From NCBI GenBank assembly GCA_023229405.1, contig JALNZH010000001.1:1-49105 (forward strand): a DNA stretch of 49,105 nt, read 5' to 3'. Shown here one piece after another: positions 17,136-24,426 of this stretch. A model generated the notes under the pieces. It did not search any database. It was not told the origin of the DNA and saw nothing but the letters and a program-made list of their open reading frames with translations. Position 1 is the first letter of the stretch, and each line of letters starts with the position of its first letter. The position numbers and the translations under genes were made by a program. Source of the DNA: Bacteroidota bacterium (GTDB lineage Bacteria > Bacteroidota > Ignavibacteria > UBA10030 > UBA8401).

Positions 17136-17728
17136 GACAAAAATTTTCCTTTTTTGTTCCTGGAAAGTTGGAACCGCTCCGGCTGTTGTTTTACTGCGAA
17201 CTGATCTTTCAGTGCTACGCCCAGTTTTTTATAATCGATCTTTCCTTTGGTTTCTTTTAAATGACGAAGTATCGCCAACGATCGAAATATTTTTTTGTTG
17301 AGGTCATTCACATTACCGACGATATATATTAGAGTACGCTGTTTTCCCGGAGTCAATGCGTGGAATAATTTTTTCCCTTCCGGATCCTGACGAAATACTT
17401 CCTTCAGTTCCGCCGGAAGCGGGAGTCCGTAGGCACTGGTATCCTGCTGCAATTCCACTTCCACCTTCATACCAAACGTTACGCCGAGCGTATCGCGTAC
17501 TTTTTTATTGACGGAAATAACGGGCAGATCGGTAGCATAATGAAGGATGGCACATTGATACCGTTCCGAACTGTTCAGCGTGCAGATCACCCGTCGTGAA
17601 TTACCGTTTTTTAATACCGCAGCGGTTGTCTTCGGTACACGAAAATGGCAACCCCACAGTTTATTGTCTGACCGTTCAAGTACAGCGCTGAACCGGTACG
17701 AACCGCTTGCGGATTTTTTTCCGATCAT
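17132..17728 (-). CDS. DUF1905 / YdeI (OmpD-associated) family protein
   Basis: The N-terminal half (KLWGCHFRVPKTTAAVL...VICTLNSSERYQCAILH...FGMKVEVELQ) is DUF1905-like. The C-terminal half (LPAELKEVFRQDPEGKKLFHALTPGKQRTLIYIV) is YdeI-like. Confidence 0.8.
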   Translation of the reverse strand: MIGKKSASGSYRFSAVLERSDNKLWGCHFRVPKTTAAVLKNGNSRRVICTLNSSERYQCAILHYATDLPVISVNKKVRDTLGVTFGMKVEVELQQDTSAYGLPLPAELKEVFRQDPEGKKLFHALTPGKQRTLIYIVGNVNDLNKKIFRSLAILRHLKETKGKIDYKKLGVALKDQFAVKQQPERFQLSRNKKGKFLS

Positions 17729-17758
17729 ACTTCCTGATATTCCCTGATGTAAAGATAC

Positions 17759-19318
17759 TTAATTGGTAAACTGCACTCGAACGTCAAACACTTCTTGGAA
17801 GAGTTCTTTCTTCCGTTCGGCTCCCCAGAGATCCATCTCCACATTCTTCCCCCGACCCGTGCGAAGTTGAAAAACAATATTTTTTCCTTTACGCCGCAAG
17901 GCAATATCATGCACAATCCTAGAATGTGTCCTATCCAATCCGTCCGCTATCCGCATGATCCCGGAAAGTTTTTGAACGAGATGCTGATCCTCTGGCGAAA
18001 GAGCCGCGAATGTTTCGTGTTTCGGTTTTGGATGCGATTTTCGATGGTAACGGGCAACGTTTGCGATAATTTCCTTTTCATTGTCGGTGTAACCCAACAG
18101 TTCGCTATTCTTGATCAAATAGTGAGAATGGCGGTGATGATTGGAATGGGAGATAAAAATGCCGATCTCATGCAGAATTGCCGCCGCTTCCAGAAAATCA
18201 CGTTCCATACTGCCAAGACCATGCAACGATTGTGTCAAATCAAAAATACGAACCGCCAATGCGGCGACATGATGCGAATGTTCTTTCTCATACTTGAATG
18301 TTTCAGCAAGGTGCAATACCGACGTGTACCGGATGTTGTCGAACGCGTGGAAATCCTTCCCTCGAAATTGTTTTTCGATAGTGTCGAGAATAATTCCTTC
18401 GCGCAGTGCGAACTCGGAAACGGTCATTCGTTTCAGTTTCAACGCGCGGAAGGTCTGTTCCAGAATCAATGCACCGCCGATAATAATGTCGGCGCGCGAC
18501 GCATCAAGTCCGGGAATCTTCAGCCGCTGTTTCACTGTTGTTGCGCAACACAGTTCGTCCACAGCAGCGTACAACTCTTTCGCTGTAAAGACAAATCCGT
18601 TCAACGAGCTTTCCTCACCGTCGCCGCGTTGCAGCTTAATAATTTTTGCGATGGACATGATCGTGCCGGAACTTCCGACGGCGAGCGAATATGTCCGCTT
18701 CTGTACTTCACGGATGACGGGGAGAAGCGATCCGCCGACATATTCTCTGCATAGTTTCAACTGTTTTTCATTCAGTTCCTGCTCTGAAAAAAATTTCTGC
18801 GTTAAACGGATCGCACCAAGTTTCAGGCTGTTATCGTACGCAATCTCCCGTTTTTTTCCAACAAGAAATTCGGTACTTCCCCCGCCGATATCCATCATCA
18901 TGATCGATGTATTGTGCACCGGCAGTGCCTGTACAATTCCAAGATAGATCAACCGCGCTTCTTCGAAGCCGGACGCAACTTCCACTTTAATTTCCAACTC
19001 CGCCTTCACCCGCCGGATAAAGTCGCTTTGGTTCAACGCTTCGCGCACGGCGCTCGTGGCAATTGCCCGCACTGGCGCATTATACGCATCGGCAATTTGT
19101 TTAAATCGACGCAGTGCTTCAATTCCCCGGTTCATGGCGTCCTGTGAAAGATACTTCATATCCGCCGTCCCCGAACCGAGCCGCACACTCTCCTTAACTC
19201 TATCGATCACCTTAAATGTTGTTTTTCCCGGTTCAAATTTTACAATCACCATGTGGAACGAATTTGTTCCGATATCGATCGCTGCAAGGAAATGGCTTTT
19301 AAATATTCGTTGTTTCAT
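17759..19318 (-). CDS. ppx: Ppx/GppA-family exopolyphosphatase / pppGpp phosphohydrolase with a C-terminal HD domain
   Basis: ASKHA-fold motifs AAIDIGTNSFHMVIV and MMMDIGGGSTEF. The C-terminal HD region is HEIGIFISHSNHHRHSHYLI. Confidence 0.9.
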   Translation of the reverse strand: MKQRIFKSHFLAAIDIGTNSFHMVIVKFEPGKTTFKVIDRVKESVRLGSGTADMKYLSQDAMNRGIEALRRFKQIADAYNAPVRAIATSAVREALNQSDFIRRVKAELEIKVEVASGFEEARLIYLGIVQALPVHNTSIMMMDIGGGSTEFLVGKKREIAYDNSLKLGAIRLTQKFFSEQELNEKQLKLCREYVGGSLLPVIREVQKRTYSLAVGSSGTIMSIAKIIKLQRGDGEESSLNGFVFTAKELYAAVDELCCATTVKQRLKIPGLDASRADIIIGGALILEQTFRALKLKRMTVSEFALREGIILDTIEKQFRGKDFHAFDNIRYTSVLHLAETFKYEKEHSHHVAALAVRIFDLTQSLHGLGSMERDFLEAAAILHEIGIFISHSNHHRHSHYLIKNSELLGYTDNEKEIIANVARYHRKSHPKPKHETFAALSPEDQHLVQKLSGIMRIADGLDRTHSRIVHDIALRRKGKNIVFQLRTGRGKNVEMDLWGAERKKELFQEVFDVRVQFTN

Positions 19319-19506
19319 TGTTGGTAACGATCTTGAATTTAGTTTTCGAAAATTACTTCAGCACTACTAAACTTATGAAGAAATCGTCTGTTTTGCTACA
19401 ATCAACAATGTTATTTTCCGAACGTGGTGATGGAGGAACAAATCCCAAATAACGTCGTCTAATCCAGCAAGAATGACCCCAATTACCAATTTATGTTGGA
19501 GGAAAC

Positions 19507-20424
19507 ATGCGCACATCATTACTAATGATAGCACTTCTCTTTACAAGTGTGCTCTTAACAGCAACAGATGATCAAGGGAAGAAACAACCGCGTTCAACAA
19601 AAAAACAAGGGTGGATCGGAGTCGGCATACAAGATGTGACACCGAAATTCGCTCGTGAAGAACATTTGAAGTTGAAAGAAGGGGCGTATATCAATGAGGT
19701 GCTGGAAGATAGCCCTGCTGATTCTGCAGGCATTAAAGAAGGAGATATTATTGTCGAATTTAACGGAACATCAATTGAGACAGCTGAAGATCTTGTGAAT
19801 GTCGTCCGGTCAACCATGCCAGGAACAAAAGTCGCGTTGAAAGTCAATCGGGAAGGGGAAAATAAATCGTTATCGGTAAATGTCCGAAAGAATACAAAGC
19901 GGACGCCGTTTGCCGTTATTGCCCCGCGTGCTCCTCGCATGGCCATGAATATGTTCGGCGGTGAGGTGGAAGGTATGGACCTGATGGAATTGAATAAACA
20001 GCTCGCCGAATATTTTGAAGTCCCCGTCGGGAAAGGAGTTCTCGTGAAAAGTATCGAAAAGGATAAATCCGCAGCAAAAGCGGGAATTAAAGCGGGCGAT
20101 GTCATCACTAGAGCCGGTGGTGAAACGATCTCGGATATCAATGATCTGTATGATGTCTTCTCGGAGAGCAAAGAAGGTGAAAAAGTATCCGTCGATCTAG
20201 TACGAAAAGGGAAGAACGTAACTGTTTCCCTGGAGATTACAGAACAGGATGAAGATGATGACCGCGGATTCTGGTGGCATCATGTGCCGGAAAGTTTTAA
20301 TTTCCAATTCGAGCCACAGATGGATCGTCTTTACGACGAGATCGAAATGAAGATGCGAGAATTGCCGAAAAGACATAAGGAATTGATCAGGAGAGAATCG
20401 AAGTTGAAAAATACCGAAGTGTAA
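19507..20424 (+). CDS. Secreted tandem-PDZ protein (no protease domain)
   Basis: GGAGG SD 5 nt upstream of the ATG and a signal peptide. Two PDZ modules (GWIGVGIQDV...GAYINEVLEDSPADSAGIKEGDIIVEFNG; GVLVKSIEKDKSAAKAGIKAGDVITRAGG). It is the only complete + strand gene. Confidence 0.85.
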   Translation: MRTSLLMIALLFTSVLLTATDDQGKKQPRSTKKQGWIGVGIQDVTPKFAREEHLKLKEGAYINEVLEDSPADSAGIKEGDIIVEFNGTSIETAEDLVNVVRSTMPGTKVALKVNREGENKSLSVNVRKNTKRTPFAVIAPRAPRMAMNMFGGEVEGMDLMELNKQLAEYFEVPVGKGVLVKSIEKDKSAAKAGIKAGDVITRAGGETISDINDLYDVFSESKEGEKVSVDLVRKGKNVTVSLEITEQDEDDDRGFWWHHVPESFNFQFEPQMDRLYDEIEMKMRELPKRHKELIRRESKLKNTEV

Positions 20425-20426
20425 AA

Positions 20427-20645
20427 CAATTATTGGAACCATTTGAAATATAGGTTATCCTTTGTCATTCTGGGCACATTCGCTTAGTGAAGAATCTTGT
20501 TTTTCTTTTGAGTAGGAAAATAAGATTCCCCCGCTGGCTGGCTGGCTCCTCGCTCCCCGCCTGCAACAACGGTGTTCCTTTGGAACCGGCAGCCATTTCT
20601 CGGAATGGCATTGAGATAAGATTTTCCAGATGTCTCTTTTGTCTA
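20427..20645 (+). repeat. Copy B of the two-copy structured intergenic element
   Basis: Starts 3 nt after the PDZ-gene TAA. It has the same TTGAAA-17 nt-CATTCT (20443-20471). A 14-bp hairpin spans 20492-20528 (GAATCTTGTTTTTC / GAAAATAAGATTC). It carries 52 nt (20534-20585) in place of 8 nt in copy A. The 3' block 20613-20636 is followed by TTTT. Confidence 0.6.
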
Positions 20646-20648
20646 TTC

Positions 20649-20685
20649 AATAACAAACAGCGGCCATCGGTCGCCGTTTGTTATT
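20649..20685. terminator. Bidirectional intrinsic terminator between convergent genes
   Basis: GC core GCGGCC-ATC-GGTCGC is flanked by complementary arms AATAACAAAC (20649-20658) / GTTTGTTATT (20676-20685). About 16 bp in total, with U-rich tails in both directions. It overlaps the TAA of the 20684-21547 gene by 2 nt. Confidence 0.8.
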
Positions 20686-21547
20686 ATTTCCTGATGAAGT
20701 TTTTTACTGTATCACAGTATGCCGTCACACCCATCTTCCACGGCACCTGAGAATGATCGGCGCCGGGAACCGCAATAAATAATTTTGGTTCGTTCGCATT
20801 TCTGTATAATACCGTTCCGTTTTTTTCCATATCGATGAACTTGTCATCAATACCGTGAAGAATCATCACCGGGGAAGTGATATCTTTTATTTTCTCGGCG
20901 TTATTGTAAACACCATTCATAAAAAACGAACTCGGCAAATCCAGCAGTGATCCGCTTTGTGTCAGCACAGAGGTGGAGGCGAACGCCGCTTCTAAAATAA
21001 ATCTTTTCGGTGAGAAGACGCGGGCTGCCAAATGTGTTGCCGGCGCTCCGCCGAGCGAAAAGCCATAGACGGTAATCTGTCCGTCGTTATATCCTCTCGA
21101 CTTTACATACTCATAAGCCGCAATCGCGTCGGAATAGACCGCTGCTTCCGACGGTTCCCCTTCACTTTTTCCATATCCTTGATAATCATAAATAAAAATA
21201 TTGAAGCCCATCGTATAAAACAGCTCCACCCTGTCCCAATAAAATTGCAGATGATCCCTGTTGCCATGGTTATAGAGAATAATGTTTTTTTCACCGGGAA
21301 CAGGAGCATCAACAAAATACCCGTAGATTTTTTTTCCCTGCGATGTCAGTGAAATCTCAGTACGCATAGAATCTGGAATAACAGCAGTTGAGAGCGAATA
21401 AGATTTTAGTTCAGTGTTATTAAACAAGTTACTATCCAAATCAAAACACCCCGGGAACAGAACAATGACGATCATTGCAATGAATGCATTGCCGCCGGGA
21501 ACCTTCAATAACAGTCTGGCGAATATTTGCTGTATCATATTCTTCAT
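20684..21547 (-). CDS. Alpha/beta-hydrolase (serine hydrolase, BEM46/peptidase S9-like)
   Basis: N-terminal anchor/signal. Nucleophile elbow VYGFSLGGAPA. Downstream acid and His (HGIDDKFI ... GADHSQV). The start overlaps the upstream stop (ATGA). Confidence 0.85.
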   Translation of the reverse strand: MKNMIQQIFARLLLKVPGGNAFIAMIVIVLFPGCFDLDSNLFNNTELKSYSLSTAVIPDSMRTEISLTSQGKKIYGYFVDAPVPGEKNIILYNHGNRDHLQFYWDRVELFYTMGFNIFIYDYQGYGKSEGEPSEAAVYSDAIAAYEYVKSRGYNDGQITVYGFSLGGAPATHLAARVFSPKRFILEAAFASTSVLTQSGSLLDLPSSFFMNGVYNNAEKIKDITSPVMILHGIDDKFIDMEKNGTVLYRNANEPKLFIAVPGADHSQVPWKMGVTAYCDTVKNFIRK

Positions 21548-22194
21548 TTTATTTCATATTGTAGTCCGACAAAAATGCCGATATTCCCTTTTCCGGCGAC
21601 CGATGCAACGCCCTCAAAAATACCATGCCGTGTGTCGTGGTTCATCGCCATCCATTTCGATTCCATTTGCATCATCGTCGATTCACCAAGTGGAAATCCG
21701 TATCCGACAAACGGCGCAAGGAACAATTCCGAAGTGGTGAACTGATATAAATTATCCACGCCAAAATACCAGAGCGACCGGTCACCTATCATATAACTCC
21801 CCGTGAGTGTACCGGTTGGATACAGCCGCATCGTATTTTCGCGAAATGCATCCCAGAAAAAATAGGCTCGTCCGTTTATAGTAACCTCCGGACGAAAACC
21901 TTTCTCCGGTATCAGCCGTGAAGAAAATCCGGCATCGACACCAACATCCTTATACAATAGAGCGGTAATATGCGCATTCCCATAAAGTGTGAGATTAGGC
22001 CGGTATCCGTAGATCGCACCGACATTCAAATACGGAATAGGAATGGAAATCCCCGCAAAAGGAATGATTGGTCCCCCAAATGACGCAATCACTTGAGCAG
22101 TTCCTTCTTCGATAGGCCGGATCGGCTGCGTGATACCACATCCGGTGAGAATAACAAGTATGGACAGTAAGAATGAATAGCGAAAAAAAGTCAT
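21544..22194 (-). CDS. Lipoprotein, probably beta-rich outer-membrane associated, hypothetical
   Basis: ATG 22192-22194 (MTFFRYSFLLSILVILTGC) overlaps the upstream stop (ATGA) and gives a lipobox LTGC. The sequence is rich in alternating aromatic/Gly strands and ends VGLQYEIK. Confidence 0.65.
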   Translation of the reverse strand: MTFFRYSFLLSILVILTGCGITQPIRPIEEGTAQVIASFGGPIIPFAGISIPIPYLNVGAIYGYRPNLTLYGNAHITALLYKDVGVDAGFSSRLIPEKGFRPEVTINGRAYFFWDAFRENTMRLYPTGTLTGSYMIGDRSLWYFGVDNLYQFTTSELFLAPFVGYGFPLGESTMMQMESKWMAMNHDTRHGIFEGVASVAGKGNIGIFVGLQYEIK

Positions 22195-23273
22195 GGCACC
22201 TTCACCGCTGTCCATTCATCATTAAAACTGATCTTTGGCCATCCCGAGCGGATCGCCTCCGCGCGATAACTTCCATTACCCTTACCCATAGAAGTGAAGT
22301 GACCGTCCAGTCTGCCGGATATTTTAAAGCCTTGCGTTTCTTTCGATAACGCAATATCAATAGTTCCGTCATGATTTAAGACGCCGAACAGTTTAATGTC
22401 CTGCACAAAACCTAATCCTAATCCAAGCGATTTAAAGTCGATATCAATTGTTCCATCAATGTCGTACCGGAGCGGGATAAGGGAATTTTTACTGATGGAA
22501 AAATTGAAATTTTTCCCGATCGTTGTTCCGAGCCATGCTCCAACGATGGAATCCGCTCCAAAGCTGAACGGTTCATAATAAATCACATTTTTTACTCTTA
22601 CCGAGGCGAGCGTTGAATCATTGGCATTAACAGCACGTGCGGTAATTGTACTGTGTCCTTGTGTTAATCCCGTCACCTGCACGATGAACGATCCGTCCGA
22701 AGAATACGCAACGGCTGAATCGGTAAATCCGGAAATCGGTTCCGAAATTCTCAGCTTTGCTGTCTGCTGCACAACGCCCGAAACGTAAACGCTGTTTTGC
22801 ATGATAAAAACAATATCGGGAGGAGCCAGAGACAATCCCGGTTCAGTATTTACAGCGCGAACATTCACAACAATCGCTTTTGAATATGCATTACCGACAC
22901 GCGCCGTAATCTGAGTGTACCCAGAGCTCTTTCCCGTTACCAAGCCGTTGATGACTGTCGCAATTGCCGGATTTGTAGAATACCATTGTGCGCTGGCAGG
23001 ATTCACAGATTGAAAAACAGTATCAACTGTCCTTACCGTATATTGAATATCGGTCATCACCCCGGTATTGGTGATAGTCTTTTCAGTCACGTTTACTATC
23101 GCACCGGCAAGTGAAAGCTGTCGGGTTTCATTATTTTCATTAATAAAGAGTGAATCCTGTTCCGGCTGAATCTTCACCGTAGAATATTCCGGAAGTATTT
23201 CAACCTTCTCTTCTTCCTTCTCACAGGATGACAAAAACAGCAGAATGGCAATCGAAACAACGGATAATTTCAT
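22191..23273 (-). CDS. Lipoprotein with bacterial Ig-like (Big_2) domains
   Basis: AGGAGG SD. Lipobox LFLSSC. Big_2-like segments WYSTNPAIATVINGLVTGKSSGYTQITARVGN and SSDGSFIVQVTGLTQGHSTITARA. Confidence 0.75.
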   Translation of the reverse strand: MKLSVVSIAILLFLSSCEKEEEKVEILPEYSTVKIQPEQDSLFINENNETRQLSLAGAIVNVTEKTITNTGVMTDIQYTVRTVDTVFQSVNPASAQWYSTNPAIATVINGLVTGKSSGYTQITARVGNAYSKAIVVNVRAVNTEPGLSLAPPDIVFIMQNSVYVSGVVQQTAKLRISEPISGFTDSAVAYSSDGSFIVQVTGLTQGHSTITARAVNANDSTLASVRVKNVIYYEPFSFGADSIVGAWLGTTIGKNFNFSISKNSLIPLRYDIDGTIDIDFKSLGLGLGFVQDIKLFGVLNHDGTIDIALSKETQGFKISGRLDGHFTSMGKGNGSYRAEAIRSGWPKISFNDEWTAVKVP

Positions 23274-23282
23274 GAGCTCCTC

Positions 23283-23927
23283 CTACAATGCAAAATGAGC
23301 GCCGGCGCTTGCACAGAACCCTCCGAGTTCGGGATTGGCACGGCCTTGTGGATTTTGTCCCTTCTTCGTCATCAGCGCATATTCCCCTTCGATAAAAATC
23401 CCTATCGGACCGATGATCTTCACCGCAATACCAACGGCAAAACCGACTCCTTTATTTTCAGTTTCATACATGGTCGTAAGTCGTTCCACCACCGGTTCGC
23501 CGGTGGAGATCGATTCTTCAGCTTTTGTCACCAAATATAATACATCTGCATACAATGGTTGCTCATCCCCCCGCAGCCGAATACCGACTCCATAAAATTT
23601 TTGTTTCCACTCCGATTTGCCGACAACGTCGATATTGTCCACAAAGGAATGTCCTGTTGCAAAAAATTCCCGGTATTTCGCAATAAGGTAGAACCTATTC
23701 GTTCCAATTCCGGCAAAATAGATCTTTGAAATACTGCGATTGGAATATACCGTATTGAAGTTCGTTGCTTCAACGGCAAAGTTGCCGGCAGCGGCTCCGA
23801 ATGTCAATGAAAAATGATTTTTCGTTTTTCTCGTCGTCACCGTCTCTTCCGTTTCCTGTGCGCAGACAGGAATCGAAAGCACAACGCAGATCAGGAACAT
23901 CGAGACCGATTGTAATAATGATGTCAT
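23283..23927 (-). CDS. Outer-membrane beta-barrel protein (OmpW/OmpA-N-like), hypothetical
   Basis: Signal peptide ...SIPVCAQE. Alternating hydrophobic beta-strand pattern (FSLTFGAAAGNFAV, YFAGIGTNRFYL, GFAVGIAVKIIG, FCASAGAHFAL). Confidence 0.7.
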   Translation of the reverse strand: MTSLLQSVSMFLICVVLSIPVCAQETEETVTTRKTKNHFSLTFGAAAGNFAVEATNFNTVYSNRSISKIYFAGIGTNRFYLIAKYREFFATGHSFVDNIDVVGKSEWKQKFYGVGIRLRGDEQPLYADVLYLVTKAEESISTGEPVVERLTTMYETENKGVGFAVGIAVKIIGPIGIFIEGEYALMTKKGQNPQGRANPELGGFCASAGAHFAL

Positions 23928-23965
23928 AGCGTAATGATATGATAAAGTGAACCGCGGAATGTTCG

Positions 23966-24388
23966 TTAAGGAAATTGCTGTCGGAATTTTTCGGGAACCG
24001 GCGCAAGCTTCCGCGTTTCATAATTAAAAAAGGCAATGCCGGTCTTTGCCTGTGCCACAACTCTGCCGCTTTCCCGTTCCCGTACAAGATAATAAATATC
24101 GCAACCAAATTTAGAAAAATCGTTCACAGAAATCTGGATGCGCAGTGATTCCCCGTAAAATCCTTCGGATTTGTAGACGACCGCAGAGTCCGACATGATG
24201 ATGCTCACCCCCTCAACGTTCAATTCCGACCATCCGTGTTCCACCAACATCCGGAGACGGGCTTCATGCAAAATGGAAAGCACGGAATCGTTGCCGAGAT
24301 GGCCGCCATAATTGATATCGCTAATACGGATGGGGATCTCTGTCGTAAAATGAAACGAAACTGGAACGTCGATAGTAATTCGGGGCAT
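23966..24388 (-). CDS. Hotdog-fold acyl-CoA thioesterase (4HBT/YbgC-like)
   Basis: 140 aa. The N-terminal catalytic region IRISDINYGGHLGNDSVLSILHEAR is typical of 4HBT-class thioesterases. Confidence 0.8.
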   Translation of the reverse strand: MPRITIDVPVSFHFTTEIPIRISDINYGGHLGNDSVLSILHEARLRMLVEHGWSELNVEGVSIIMSDSAVVYKSEGFYGESLRIQISVNDFSKFGCDIYYLVRERESGRVVAQAKTGIAFFNYETRKLAPVPEKFRQQFP

Positions 24389-24394
24389 GGTAAT

Positions 24395-24420
24395 AAAAAA
24401 AAGCCGGCAAATATGCCGGC
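24395..24420 (-). terminator. Intrinsic terminator after carB
   Basis: On the - strand: GCCGGCA-TATT-TGCCGGC (24403-24420) followed by T8 (24395-24402). It starts 6 nt after the carB stop, and the T-run ends 6 nt before the thioesterase ATG. Confidence 0.8.
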
Positions 24421-24426
24421 GATAGA

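Noticed and set aside
17795-18754. Long + strand ORFs antisense to well-supported - strand genes: 319 aa opposite ppx, 228 aa at 9694-10380 opposite the mltC-like gene, 198 aa at 38209-38805 opposite the ppiD-like gene, and 211 aa at 24566-25201 opposite carB.
   Set aside because: They lie wholly inside genes with unmistakable family motifs on the other strand. Their composition is low-complexity or Arg/Ser/Phe-rich, typical of antisense shadow frames, and they carry no recognisable motifs.
19469-19477. Short matches to the repeat element elsewhere: AAGAATGAC at 19469-19477, GCACATTCAC at 39050-39059, AACAATTATT at 2921-2930 and GTTTCCCCCC on the - strand at about 12949-12958. Considered as possible third copies.
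   Set aside because: In every case the similarity stops after 9-10 nt, and neither the hairpin nor the 3' block follows. This is consistent with chance matches in AT-rich spacers.
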